Assembly (NCBI GenBank): GCA_026936335.1
Contig: JAPMXV010000049.1
Span: forward strand, 1-64,000
Direction of reading: 5' to 3'
DNA: 64,000 bases
Source of the DNA: Mantamonas sphyraenae STR306
Lineage: Eukaryota; Protista; CRuMs
The notes beneath the pieces are model-generated. The model was not told where the DNA came from. It made no database searches and saw only the letters and a program-made list of their open reading frames with translations. Shown one piece after another: positions 10,280 through 24,058 of the stretch (positions within the stretch are counted from its first letter, which is position 1; each line of letters begins with the position of its first letter). Position numbers and translations under genes: made by a program.

Positions 10280-11253
10280 ATGGTGCGTTCCAAACTACCT
10301 ACCACACCCATCCATCCCTCCTCTCCTCCCTCCCCCCCATTCATCACTCCATCACCCTTCCACGCCTCTGCCTCCTCTCTCTCTCCTCAACCGCCCTTGC
10401 CGCGCATGCGACGGCTCTCGCTCCCTCCCGTTGCCTCCCACGGTCCCCCTCCCCCCCACATCCGCCATCCCACACGCACACACATTCCACACATCCTCCA
10501 CCCTCCAACCCCAGCCCATCCCGTCCCTCCCTCCGCCCTCACCGCACACCCCGTGCGCCTCAATTTCCCAGGCCGCCCCGCATGCAAACTCACACTTCCC
10601 GCGCCCCTCCTCACCACAGGTGAAAGCTCCGCAAAAGTCCAAGGAAGCCAAGGCCAAGGCTGCCGCCTCGTCTGGCAAGGGCAAGAAGAAGAAGTGTACG
10701 TGTTGCCCCCTCTGCCCGCACGAGCCCGTTTTCTTCCTCGCCCGCAACGCATCGCCACGGCCAAATGTGCTTTTTTCCCGGCGTCGTTTCCCCGGCCCAG
10801 GCGCACGTGTACCACCTACCCAGTCCACCCACACCCACCCTACCCCTCATCCTGACACAACCACACCGTATCCACCCTACCCTACCCCTCCCGTTGCCCA
10901 TCTCAGGGTCCAAGGCACGCACCAAGGACAAGCTGAACCTGGCCGTCCTTTTTGACGACGAGACCAAGTCCAAGTTCTTCAAGGACACGGTGAACATGCG
11001 CCTGATCACGGTCGCCACCGTCATGGATCGCTTCCGTGTTGGTGGGTCTCTTGCACGCGCTGGTCTGCGCGAGCTCGAGTCGCAGGGAGAGATTGTGCGT
11101 GTTGCCAAGCACCACAGCCAGTGGATCTACACCCGTACGCCTGAGCGTGAGGAGGCTGCTATTGCCGCCGCTGAGGCTGCTGCTGCTGAGGCTGCTGCTC
11201 TGGAGGCCAAGAAGGAGGCTGCCAAGCAGAAGAAGAAGAAGGCCGACAAGTAA
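10280..11253 (+). CDS. RPS25: 40S ribosomal protein S25, copy 2 (tandem duplicate, introns 10283-10619 and 10696-10906)
   Basis: Coding exons appear identical to copy 1 at a 1052-bp offset; introns are nearly identical. Confidence 0.95.
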
Positions 11254-11390
11254 ATCCCAAACCTTTGCACATTCCTCTCTCCGCCCCACTCATCTCCAAT
11301 CCCACCTACCTCCTTCCTTCTCCAACTTGCTCCCTCTTCTCCGGCCCCTCCACCCGCCCACAACCTCCTCCAACAAAACAACCCCTCCCA

Positions 11391-14300
11391 ATGTCCAACA
11401 ATTGGCTAAAGGGCCTCCTCTCCAAGGTGAAAACCACCCCAGAGGCTGGCTCCGGCCCGTCTGCATCCACAGTGGAAGGTGACACTCCTACCACGCAATC
11501 CGGCTCCTCCTACTCCGCCGCATCATCTTCCTTTTCCTCCAGCCTCTTTGGCTCCACAGACCAACTCGGCCGCTCCGCCGGCAACTGGAAGTGCGTCCCT
11601 ACCCGTTCCCTACCACCTTGCAATTCCCTGGCCCTCCTCTTCTCCTCCTCTTCTCCCTTTTGCCCGCCCAACCCGCCGCTCCCTCCGCCCTCTCGCCGCC
11701 GCGACTCTCCTTGCTCCGCCACTCACGCGTCTCCCCAACCACCTTGCCCACCCCCCACCTCCTCCTCCCCCGTCCCACACCCCACCCCCCTTCCCGCACA
11801 TCCAGCTCCGTCTCCAAAGAACTCCGCCTCGCAAATGAGTGGGCCCGCTACGGAACTCTCCACTCCGATCAGGTGCGCCCGCCAATTCCATTTTCACCGC
11901 CCCTCTCTCTCCACCCATCCTTCCCCCACTCACTCTTCCTCCTCACCGCCCCATCCCTCTCTAGGCCCGCCTCGACCTCCTCAACTCCATCCTCCCCGAG
12001 TTCAACCGCGTCCATTTTGGCAACTCTCTGCAAACTGTCGAGGCAAGCTTCGGCTCCCTCAAGACTTTCAGCTTCGCCGTAGGCCGTCGCCTCGTTCAGC
12101 AGGTCCGCCTCGTCGTCGACAAGCGCGTCTCCCGGCCCGAGTGTGCCACCATGCTTCTCGATCAGCTCTCTGCATCCCTCGTCGCCACAGAGGCCGCCTC
12201 TGGCACATCTTTGCGACGCACAGGCTCCACCCTCCTCCCTTCCACCCCGTCCCAGCCCTCCACCACATCCTCCTCCACCACATCCTCCTCCTCCTCCTCA
12301 GAGTCATGGGAGCTCCTTGTCGCCCTCCTCATCGTCGGCCTCGACGAAAACGTGCGCGACCTCTGTGAAGCCTCCGTCCCGTCCACTCTCGTCAAAGTCC
12401 TCAAGCTCTTTCTCGACCTACCCGACGACGCAGACGACGACAACGACACACTCGAACAGCTCGTCATCAAGGACAGCCCACGCCACACACGTGTCGAGGT
12501 CGAAACGGTCATCACAGAGATCCTCTGCAACCTCTGCGAACACACAGACGCCGTCCTCGAGCTCGTCAAGAGCGACTCCCTCAACCTTCTCCTCCAGATC
12601 GTCGCACGTCCATGTGCCCCTCACTCGGCTGGCATTCGCCTTCGCGCCGCACAAGTCCTTCTCGTCATTGCAGACTCGTCCCTCGATCGCGCAGTCGTCA
12701 ACTACCTCCACCGCAAGAGCTCCATCCATGGCACCATGACAGGTATTCAGGACTCTATGCAGGACGAGCATACCCTTCCCACCACCGTCATCGACATCTG
12801 GAACGTCATTCGCTACCTCCTCCACACCTCCTCCTCCTTCACAGACGTCCTCCTCAACGACGCCGACAACTGCGACACCTACGCCGTCCTGCACCAGTCC
12901 CTCGACTGGCTCCACGCAAATCCAAACACAACCACAGACCACCGCAAAGAGTTTCTCGACGTCATCGAAGCCCTCGTCTACGTCGGCCACAAGGACATCA
13001 ACCCGTCCTTCAACCAGGAGCGCGACCACCTCGAGCTCGAATCCCTGCAAAATCTTCCCGGTGACAAGGTCCGCAATCTCAACGCCTTCCAAATCCTCCA
13101 CCAGGCCTTCCTCGACGGCTCCGACCCAGACCTCCAGCAGCTCATCCTCGAGAAGATCCTCTGCGTCTTTGCCATGCATCCCATCAACTACTTTGTCGCC
13201 TTGCCCATACACACCCTCGCTCACATGGTCGAGGCCATTCCATCCCTACACGACGACGTCCGCGCCGGTGTCCTCCAAGTCCTCGAGTACGTCAGCACCG
13301 TCCTCAACTGCACTCCTGTCCAGGAGCTCTGCGGCCTCTGCTGTCTCCTCCAGAACCCCTCCATGTCCCACGCCTCCCTCATGGCCGTCCTCAACACCAT
13401 CTCAAAACTCATCCAGTTTGACGACAAGTTTCGCGCCTCCCTCGTCCAGGTTGGCCTCCTCGACATCATCTACTCCGTCCTCAACACCATCATGCAAGAC
13501 ATTCACCAGCACCAGCACACATCCTCCTCTCTTCCTTCCCAACAAGACGACAACCCCGACGACTCCCCCAACGACAACGCCGATGACTCCTCCACCCACC
13601 CGCAAAACCTCCTCCTCCTCTCCGCCCCGGAAGCCTCCCACATCCAGCAGGACTTTTACAACGCCCTCCTCACCACCCTGGAACTCCTCATCAAGCGCAA
13701 CCCCCACCACGTCGAGCTCCTACGTGCCCTCGAGGCCGTCCCTCTCCTCTTTGACTTTCTCAACTACGACCACACACGCGCAGGCGCGCTAAAGGTCGTC
13801 GTACGCATGGTCCTCGACGACACCCAACACCCAGAGACCGAGTTCACTCGCCTCATCTCAGAGCTACAACGCCAACCCTTGATCCTTACCAAAAAGGCCG
13901 ACCTCCTCACCCAGCTCCGCCGCCTCTTCCTCGCCGACCCCAAGTTCAAAGACTTCTTCGGCCAGTACGGCGGCTTCGAGTCCATCATCGCCATGCTTGT
14001 CAGCATGGGCAAGGCCTTCAACCCGCACGATCCCCCCGAGCATACCCAGGCAAAGGTCGACCTCCTCGAGTCTCTCATCCGCACCACCACCGCCGCCATC
14101 TACGCACACCAGCAAAACAGGGACCATCTCTCCCTCGACATCGGCGAGCACATCTGGACACAGGTCCTCCAGGACACAGGCGTCTTTGCAACCCCGCACG
14201 CAGACCTCCTCCTCGACGTCCTCATGGACCTCGCCATGGAGCGTGTCAAACTCTCCCAGAACGAGAGCTCCGCCGCCCTCACAGAGAGCACCGGCGTCCT

Positions 14301-17300
14301 CATCAACTCCTCCTTTGTCAACATCATCTTTGACCTCCTCCAGCTGACCCCGCCCGACGTCCAGGAGCGTCTCTTCAAGGACCTCAACATCCTCCTCGAG
14401 CACGAGCCACGCAACCTCCAGCTCCTTTCACGCCAACAGGTCGGCCTCAAGGTCATGCAGCGCTTCCGCCACGTTCTCCACGACCCCTCCGATTCTCGCC
14501 ACTTTCCCATTCTCCGTTTCGTCGAAACCATGGGTTCCTTCCGCTTCACCGGCGCAGAGGTCCGCGACTTTGTGCGCATCATGGGACCCAACGCAGCCAG
14601 CCCCAGCCTCCTCAACACCCTCCTCAACATGGTCCTTTGCGGACGCATGCCTCCCTTTGTCGAGTTCAACATGTTTCCCCTGCAGCACGCTGCCCTCGTC
14701 CTCCCGTCCCTCGGCGACTACGACCAAAAGTGGCCCCCGGCCTCGGGATACACCTACGCTGCCTGGATCCGCATTGAAAAGGGCCTAGACGAGTCCCTCG
14801 TCAACCTTTTCACCGTCTCCTCCGCAGACTCCAAGAGCTTTGTCCGCGCATCCATCCGCTCGGGCATCCTCGTCCTCCACACTTCCTCTGCAAAGGCAGC
14901 CCTCGAGCTGCCCAACTTTCGCTTTGCCGAGAAACGCTGGTACCACCTCTCCATCGTCCACACCCACAAGCGCTTCCAGACCTCAGAGGTTGGCCTCTAC
15001 GTCGACGGCGTCCTCGTCGACCAGGGCAAGCTTTCCTTCATCACACAACCCGCAAGCAACCAGCGCATACACGCCGTCATAGGTTCTCGCCTACCCGACG
15101 CCGACAATGCCTCCTCCACCTCCTCATCCTCCTCCTCATCATCCTCCTCCTCCAAGTCCACGACACCCGCCTCCGCCTCCGCCTCCTCAAACTCAAACTC
15201 CTCTTCCCCAGACTCCTTCCTCATCTGGCGTCTCGGCCCCGTCTATTTATTCGAAGACTCGCTCGGCGAAAGCGCCATCAACATCCTCTTCAACCTTGGC
15301 TCCTCCTACATCGGCCAGTTTGAAGCAGACCTCAGCAAGTACGCCTCCCCAAGCAACATCCACGCTGGAAACCTCCGTGCCATCGCCTCGGCACACGACG
15401 TCCAGGAGCAGGTCGACTTTATGATGCTCAAGCACGCAGATCTTCATCATCTCCGTGACAAGATTGTTCTTGCCTTCAACGCAGAAAACGTACGCCACTC
15501 CCAGCAAAACGACTCACTCTCCGCCACAGGCTACCGCACTGTCCATCAGCTCGGCAACATTCGCACTCCCTCCGACTGGGCCTCTCTCGAAGGCGGTGCC
15601 GACATCTTTCAGCCTTTCTCCGTCTTCAACGGCATCCGCCAGGTCGGTGGCATGCTCATTGTCTTCAACCTCATCCAGCAGAGCACGACCTCCTCCGCCC
15701 TGCGCTCTTCCGTCTCCCTCCTCGTCGCTCTCCTCAACGACAATCCCAAAAACTGCGCCGACATGCATCGCCTCCGCGGCTACGACATTGTCGGTTGTCT
15801 CCTCTGCACAAAGTCTCACCTCCTCGACCTCGAAATCGTCGACGCCCTCTTTGAACTCGTCGGTGTCGACGCCCAGGATCGCTCTCACGGCGTCCTCGCC
15901 AACGAGCATGCCCTCAACAACCTCGTCCTCAACTACTCCATCTGGAAAGGCAGTTCCAAGGACTTGCAACAGGGCGTTTTCCACCGTCTACGCGACCTCA
16001 TGGTCGACAACCCGCACGCAGACTTTAACATTCGCCGTCTCCGCAGCCTCGGTTCCATCGGCACACTCCTCGACATGCTCAGCGACCCCAAGCTCCACCC
16101 GGACATGGTCGATTTTGTCATTCGCGGCCTCCACCTCCTCCTTGACGGCCACATGACCCACGAGGACGTCCACCGCATCATGAGCTGGACCCTTGCCACA
16201 GTGCCCATCAGCGAGTCCGAAACAGACCAGCTGGCGACTGCTCATATCCGCAACAAGCTCCTCGAGCTCCTCCTCTTTCTCTTTACCCAGACCGACAGCG
16301 AACACCACGACATTGCCCTCGACGCCATCCACAAGGGACTCGACATGCGCCTTCTCCTCGCCATGTTCCAGCTCGACCTCCATCCCCAGACCGTCACCCT
16401 CGCCCTGAAGATTCTCGGCGCAGTTATGCAGCTTAAACCAGCCTTCCTTTCCGCCTTTCGCAACAGCGGCAGCTTCACCATGCTCCGCTACACCTTGCCT
16501 CGCTACTGGACAAATGTCGCCCTCTATCCCGTCCTCTTTGCCATGCTTCTGGGCAAGCCTACATCGACCATGCCCACAGACATGGACCGCTTCGACGTCA
16601 TCTCTCTCACCGCCATCTTCCGAGATACAGACTTTGAGATTGCCCTGCCTGAAGTCTCCCTCGTCATCCTCGAAATGGTCGCCCAGAGCTTCCTCGTCGA
16701 CCCTGGCACCTACGCCTCCTTCCGCAAGTCGCCTGCCGCCGATGCCACCTCGACCACAGGCTCCGCTTCCTCCTCCGCCTCTTCCTCCTCCTCCTCCTCC
16801 TCCTCCTCCTCCTCCTCGGTCACTGTCACTTCCTCGTCTCCCACTCCAGAGGACCGCGACGACGCGGGCGAGCGTGTGTCTCGCGCTCGCAGCTTCCGTT
16901 CGTCACGCAGTGGCTCCAACTCGGGCCTAAACCCGCTGGGAGACTCCACCGCGTCGTCCACCCACCTCAAGGTGGGCTCCTCCGGTATTCCTGCGCGCTC
17001 GGAAACGAGCATTGGCAGCGCACGCTATCGCGGTTCAGACCTCAGCCAGATCGACATGGACCAAGTGCACAGGCTGAAAGAGTCTCGCAACAACCAGCTC
17101 AGCACCTCGCAGGAGCTAAACCCGTCCGCCGTGCGTTCTCTACTGCAGGATGCCAGCGACAGCTCGGCCTCTCCCCTGCAGTTGCGCAACCAGGATCCAG
17201 ACACACAGCTCACGGTTGTCCGCTTTTTCCTGTACATTTGGCGCCACTGCGAAGAACTCGTCGACATTGCTCGCAAGGATGACTTTCTCCACGCTCTCGT

Positions 17301-20300
17301 CGACGTCCTCTTTGCTGCCTCTCCCACCCGTGTCACCTCTGTCCGCCCGGGTTCTCAAGAAGACGCCTACGCAGAGGCTGTGGGTGCCGATGCCGCAGCA
17401 GCAAACACCTCGACATCCTCGGCATCTTCGGCCTCCTCATCCTCCTCCTCCTCCTCCTCCTCCTCTTCATCGGCAGGTGCCCGCCCGCGACAAGACTCGC
17501 AAACAAGCACCAGCAGCTCCCGCAGCTACTCCCACCACGTCGATGCCTCCCCGATGGGTGATCTCGCCTCTCCTGAAATCCCTAGCATCAGTCTCACCGG
17601 CACCACCGCCTCGGACGACCCCTTTGTCTTTGCCGAAGCTGCCCCGCCCGTGTCTACCCCTGCGCCGGGTCCCACTCAGGCCGATCAGCCAGCTCTCGCT
17701 GCTTCGCCTTCCCTCGAGGAGGACGAGGACGACATCTTCAGCTCCCGCTCCCGACAGTACGCAAACGCCGTCAAGAACATCGACGCCACGGAAGAGCCCG
17801 AGCTCGCCATGATGGCTGAAGGGGACCTTGGACAAAGCTCCAGTGAGGCTGAACGTGCAGGCGCATCTCCGTTCCGTGTCAGCACACCCACGGCCGCGGT
17901 CATGGCAGACCAGAGCGAGTCGCGCGAGCGCGCCTCGCCCTCACCCTCACCCGTCGCACGCGCCCCGTCCTCCACTGCCGCCGCCGCTTCGGTGCTCGTC
18001 AACAACTTCAACACCCCTGCCTGTCGCCTCGTCCTCGACTTTGTCGCCGCCATTGTGCGCGATGCCATAGTCAATAGCAACAGCAAGGGCATGGCCACCC
18101 TGGAGAACGCCATGGACGCCGCCGACCTTATGTACGGCGAGCAGCTGCTTGTCTTCCAGACAACCCTCCTTGCCGACGCCATGCACGAGCTCAAGAATGC
18201 CGCCATGGCCAATCCACTGCACGAGCATCCCAAATTCGCCACAAACCTCGGTCGGTTCGCAACCCTCCTCGTCGACGTCGTCTACCGCGGCTGCTGGATG
18301 AGCTCGCGCACGCGTGTCTTTGACTTCCTCTGCGAAATCATCTACAAACTGGAGGTCGCCACCGAAACGCGAAACAAGCACACAAAGGCTGTCGATGCGG
18401 CCTGCAACCAGGTCCTCAAGGCTCTCAACCGCATGGTTGTTCTCATGCTCTCGCCCACTCAGACCTCGGAGCACCAAATCATCACCGCTCTGGGCCTCGT
18501 TGTCGACAACCAGCGCATTCTCCTCGGCGAGCGCAACGACGGCTACGATGTCATCAGCTCCCTGCTCAACCTGCTCTACCCGCTGCTGCTCGACGACAAC
18601 ACGCAGCTGCGCGAGTCTGCCATGACCATCCTCAAGCTGATGGTGGTTGCCAAGGAGGACCAGCTGCGCGACATGCTCACGGTGCGCAAGAGCAAGGATC
18701 TCACTGTCGATATGTACACCGATGGGTTCGCCATGCTGCTGGAGAAGAGCTTCAGCTCCTTCACCATGTGGCTTACAGACAACAAGGAGGAGCTGGATCA
18801 GCTCATCACCGACTCCCTCGGCAAGGCGCTCAAGAACAGCCAGCACGCAGAACAGAAGGCCATCATGGACTACAACAAACACGGGCCCAGCAAACGCAAC
18901 GGTCGCGCCATCAAGCGCCGCAAGAAGCGCACCAAACAGCTGCAGATGCTCGATCTAGTGCAGAACGACCGGGCAGACAGTTTCTACGCTGTCCAGCTGC
19001 AAGAGCGCAGGCGCATCCAACGCCGCCAGCAGGCCGTTGAAGATCACTTGCAAACCATGAGCAGCACCTGGCATCGCCTGCGCTCCCGCCTCATCCAAGA
19101 GCGTGGCGTATGGGGTCCCGTCGAGCCGGGCCACCACAAGCGAAAGTGGATGCTCGACTTTACCGAGGGCCCCTTCCGCATGCGCTCCAAGCTCCAGCTC
19201 AACCTTGTCCACTACGAGGTCTCCCCTTACAAGGCGCACAACGACACTGCCGAGAGTGTCGCTGCGCGTGTGCGTGTGCGCACGGCACGCGAAACCGTCT
19301 CTCCGTCCAATGCCGGCTCCACGCGACCCAAACGCTCTCACAGGCGCACGCGCTCTCTTGAGTTGCCCGTGGACCTCCATGTCCACGACGCAGGCACGGA
19401 CGACAAGCCCGACAACGACTCTCAACAGTCTCCCGAAACCCCCGTCACGCCCAAGCGCAAGGCAACCATTGCCGGTTTGTCGTTGGAAGCTACGTCTAGC
19501 CCTCGTCCCAGCCTGCACCCGTCCAGCTCAAGCGGGGACTTGCTTCGCCAGACAGCCTCGCTGTCCGCCACCGACACCAGCGGCAGTAGCAGCGGCTCGC
19601 GCGAACGCTTCGACTCGGATCTCGACCTGCCCTTTGACTTTGTCGAGATCGAGACGCCGTCTCGAAGGCGCAAGAGCGACACGGCAGCCAACAACACAGG
19701 TGAAGAAGGAGACGACGATGATCACGAGTCGGGCGCGGACGTCGAACCAGACGCTGACGCTGAGGTGGACAACGACCTGCAGATCTGGAGACTCCTGGAG
19801 CCGGACGACCCCATTGCCTTCCGCTGCAATTGCTCGACCGTCACGGGCCTCGAAAACACAGACGGCATCTTTCTCATCTGTCAGCGTAACGTGTACATCA
19901 TCGACAACTACCGCATCAACGAAGAGGGCGAAATCGAAGAGATGGAGGCCGAAGACGAGGGCTTCTGGGCGCAGGTCAGCACAAGCACAAGCGCAAGCAC
20001 CGAACTCACCGCAGCCGCATCGGGCAAAACAGACACCCTCAAGACAGGGCACCACTGTCGCAAGTGGAGCCATACGTCGATTCGAGAGGTGCATAAGCGC
20101 CGCTATCTCCTGAGGCCCGTGGCCATCGAGATCTTCTCCGAGGACGGACGCAACCACTTGCTGTTCTTCCACATCAGCGAGCGCGCAGCCGTGCTAAGCA
20201 AACTCAAGGCCGTGTTGAGCAACGCCAGCTTCGCCGAAAGTGAGGGTGTGGGCGACGACATGGACGCCGACCTCTACGGCTCAAACGTCGGGCGCAGCCT

Positions 20301-22520
20301 CGTGCGAAAGTCCATGACACAGCGCTGGCAAGCGGGCCAGGTGTCCAACTTCCAGTACCTGATGTACCTGAACACGCTGGCCGGCCGCACGTACAACGAC
20401 CTGACCCAGTATCCCGTGTTTCCCTGGATTCTGCGTGACTACGAAAGCGACGAGCTGGACTTGTCAAACCCCAACGTCTTCCGAGACCTGAGCTCACCCA
20501 TGGGTGCGCTCGACGAACGTCGCCGCGAACAGTACATGGAGCGGTACGAGATGTGGGAGCTTGACGAAGAAGCACCACACCACTACGCCACCCATTACTC
20601 GTCGGCGGCCATCGTGTTGCACTACCTCATCCGCATGGAACCCTTCACGGAGCAGTTTGTGCAGTTGCAGGGCGGGCGCTTCGACCACCCCGACCGCCTG
20701 TTCCACAGCATCCAAGAGAGCTGGGAGTCGGCCAGTGGCAAGAACATGGGTGACGTGAAGGAGCTCATCCCGAGTTCTTCTACCTGCCCGAGTTTCTGCG
20801 CAACACGAACGGCCATCGTTTTGGAGAGCGACAGAACGGCGAGTTTCTGCACGACGTGGTGCTGCCACGGTGGGCACACGGCGACCCGCAAGTGTTTATT
20901 CGCAAGAACAGGCAGGCTCTGGAGTCGGAGTACGTCAGTGCCCATCTGCACGAGTGGATCGACCTCATCTTTGGGTACAAGCAGCAAGGCAAGGAGGCCG
21001 CCGAAGCAGTCAACCTGTTCCACCCTCTGACGTACGAAGGGGCCATCGACATCGACGAGATCCAAGACCCCGTCGAAAAGGAAGCCACCATTGCACGCAT
21101 CAACAACTTTGGCCAGACGCCCAAGCAGCTTTTCAAGAAGCCACACCCGAAGCGTCAGTCGTCGACGCATGCGTTTGGCATCTACTCGCACCCTAGCATG
21201 CTGGAGGCAAGCCCATCCCGCGTTCTGGGCGAGAGCGTTCGCTCGTTGTACGCACAGAACGACAAGTGTGTGGCTGCCGGGCGCAAACGGCATGTGGTCA
21301 ACTCGAACATGGTGGTTGCATGGGGCTATGCGGACAGAAGTGTGCGTGTGCTCAGCACAGACAGCAACGAAAAGACTCTGCTTGTGCAGGAGAACATGCA
21401 TGACGCGCAGATCACGTGCATGGCGAGCACGGACGACGGCAGCCTGCTTGTCAGCGGAGGCGAAGACACGGTGGTGTGCGTGTGGAAGGAGGAACGGCAA
21501 GGCAAGAACCTTGTGGGCTACCAGCAGTTGAGTGCGCTGTGTGGTCACACCGGCAGTGTGAGCTGCGTGGCCGTGTCGCAACGCTACAGCATTGTGGTCA
21601 GCGCTGCATTGGACGGCTCGGTGATCATCTGGGATCTGAACAGGCTGTGTTTTGTACGCCAGTTGCCACACGAGGGCACTGGCGAAGCCGGCGCGGTGAG
21701 CAACATTGTCATCAACGATATCAGTGGCGAGATTGTGACATGCGCGGGTGCAAGCATGCGCGTGTGGTCCACCAATGGGGAGATGCTGGCGCAGATGAAT
21801 TCGATCAACAAGCGAGAAGCCATCCACAGTGTGGCTGTGACCATGGGCCCCGAATGGCTGGACACCAACGTGTTTGTCACTGGACACTACGACGGCGTGA
21901 TCCGCTTGTGGAGCTACACCTCGGCGGCAGGCAACAGCAGCAGCAGCAGCAGCAGCAGCTCGTTCGGGAACAGCAACAGCAGCAACAGCAGCGCAGGAAA
22001 AGGAGAACGCCAGTACCAAGGGGGAAAGGTGGATCCGTACACAATCGACCCCATGGAGCTGCACCGACGATCGATGAGCGCGTCGTTCGGGCTGACGCTG
22101 CGGCACGAATTGCGCGGCCACGACACAACCGTCAGTGCGTTGAGTGTGTCGCCCGATCAGAAACGATTGTACAGTGGAGACGTCAAGGGCAATGTCTTCC
22201 ACTGGACCATGCAGGACGGAGGCAAAGAAATCAGCCAGGTGACGGAGGCCGAGGTCAAGGAAGCAGCCATGTCCAAGGATGACTGGCAGAAAGATGGCGA
22301 AGTGGACGGCTGTGTGCTGTGTGGAACCAAGTTTACTGTCATTGAGCGGCGTCACCACTGCCGCCAATGCGGGCGCGTCCTGTGCAATTCCTGCAGCAAC
22401 ATGAAAATCGAGCTGCCGGAACGCGGGTACTACACCAAGGTGCGCGTGTGCACAGAATGCTTTGCAGGGATGGGTGGTGGCAGCAGCGGCGGAAGCACCA
22501 GCAACGCTTCGAACGACTAG
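11391..22520 (+). CDS. WDFY3: WDFY3/Alfy (LvsA-like) BEACH protein: helical region, ConA/LamG, PH, BEACH, WD40 and FYVE (introns 11591-11805 and 11873-11964; 1-bp frameshift at ~20770)
   Basis: BEACH motifs SNFQYLMYLNTLAGRTYNDLTQYPVFPW, HYATHYS and NNFGQTP; WD40 repeats; FYVE WQKD..RRHHCRQCG..VRVC. Adding one C at 20769-20771 restores ELIPEFFYLPEFL. Confidence 0.9.
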
Positions 22521-22529
22521 TGCTGCGGC

Positions 22530-23935
22530 TCACTTGTCCTTCCTTTCCTTGGCCTCGTCGTCAAACATTCCTCGCGACAGCATCCACAGGGAACCGAGAA
22601 TCACCAAGGCGCCAAACGCAGCCCAGGCAATGTAAATTTCGTTGGGGATGGACTCTGGAAACTCGGTGCTGCGGGCAAACTTGATCACCAGCAGCAACTC
22701 GACAAGCAGGCACGCAAAGGCAACCCAGCTTTGGGAGCCCAAGCGCTTGCAGCGTGAATCTGTTACATAAACATACATCTGACGCAAAGTTGGTCCTCCC
22801 CACGTGGTCTGTGTGTGAGTGAGTGGGGCGGGGAATGGGTGTGAGCGAGTGAACCGGGAATGTGTCGAGCGACCACATCGTCGTCATCGTGTGTCAGAAA
22901 CATACCCACAGAAGCATGCGGTACAGATTCAGCATGTTCTTGCTGGGAATCCACAGCACAGTCTTGAGGAAAAACGCGTTGAGGTCGCACAGGGTCACAA
23001 AGAGGACGACAGCAAACACGCTGAGGTAGCGTCGAACACTGCGGGTGCTGTCCCAGCGTACAACCGTCCATGTGGCTGGCGTAAACTGGAGCAGGGCACG
23101 CTTGACCTTCCCCGCAGTGCTCTCAATGTCGAGGATGCCGTGCCACTCGTACTCGCGCATTTCCAGATACTTGCAGAGCCAGATGCCAATGTAGATGCCT
23201 CCACCGTTGCAAATGATCACATCAAGGACCAGGGCGTCCCACCAGCACTCGTTAAAGTTGGGCAGCATGTACTTGAAGGTGATCTCCGTAAACTCCCAGA
23301 GGACGGAGATGACCCAGCACACCGTGGCGTTGCGGATCATGAGCGCCTTGACCACCCAGCCGAGGAGGTGGGCGACGAAAAAAGCGGTCCCAGACGGCAG
23401 CGCTGATGGTCTCCCAGCTGATGCTGCAGTCCTCTGCGTAGGACTGTTCCGGCAGGGGCTGGTTCAACGTCGGGTCAAGGTTTGTCAGCAGCCTGCGCGC
23501 CTCAGACGCGTCCTGAAAGAGGAGAAACACAAGAAATCCAAAGTAGACCATGCTGATGGCCAGTACGAGTCGCCACAGCGCGGGATGCGGGCGCGTAAAA
23601 GGGCCATTGGGAAAGATGATGAGGCCCGTGACAAGGAACGATGCAATCACCGCCTGCAGGCCCAGTAGGATGTTTTCAGTGGCCGTGCGGGTGTTCTCCT
23701 CCTGGAAGGCGAGGTAAATGAGTCCACAGATCAGCATGCCCAAGAGCGTGATGGTGTGAGGCTCGTAAAACCAGCTGATTGTGACGTCTTCGACCATCTG
23801 CTCGTTGGGATAGGCCAAACGATGCATGGGCTCGTTGTTGCGGTGCTTGCTGGCACTCTCTGCCTGTTTGGCCATGCTAGTCTTGCTGCTGTGGCTTCTG
23901 TGGCTGCTCACGGAGCCTGCGACACTGTGGGACAT
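22530..23935 (-). CDS. PTDSS: Phosphatidylserine synthase, base-exchange type (PTDSS1/2 family; intron 22905-22809; 1-bp frameshift at 23378-23383)
   Basis: Motifs PHTIT, NGPFTRPHPALWR, PLPEQSYAEDC, LPNFNECWWD and LNAFFLK. Removing one A from the A6 run restores FFVAHLLGWVVKALMIRN. Start codon is uncertain. Confidence 0.9.
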
Positions 23936-24058
23936 GGGGTGTTGCGAAAAAGTGGTGCGGCGGGCGCGCATTCATTCACTTGTTGATGGGCACCGTGTCT
24001 GTGGACAAAGGCAGCCACGCTGCCATCAACAACAGTTTGTCTGATTGTGGACGACGGA

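Noticed and set aside
20765-20775. Frameshift in the BEACH ELIPEFF motif as programmed frameshifting or a pseudogene
   Set aside because: One missing C in a C run restores the invariant motif and no other decay is visible; typical long-read homopolymer error. Short-read polishing would decide.
23375-23386. Frameshift in PTDSS at an A6 run (TTT TTT C on the coding strand) as a slippery site
   Set aside because: One extra base in a homopolymer, matching the pattern of other indels in this window in both directions.
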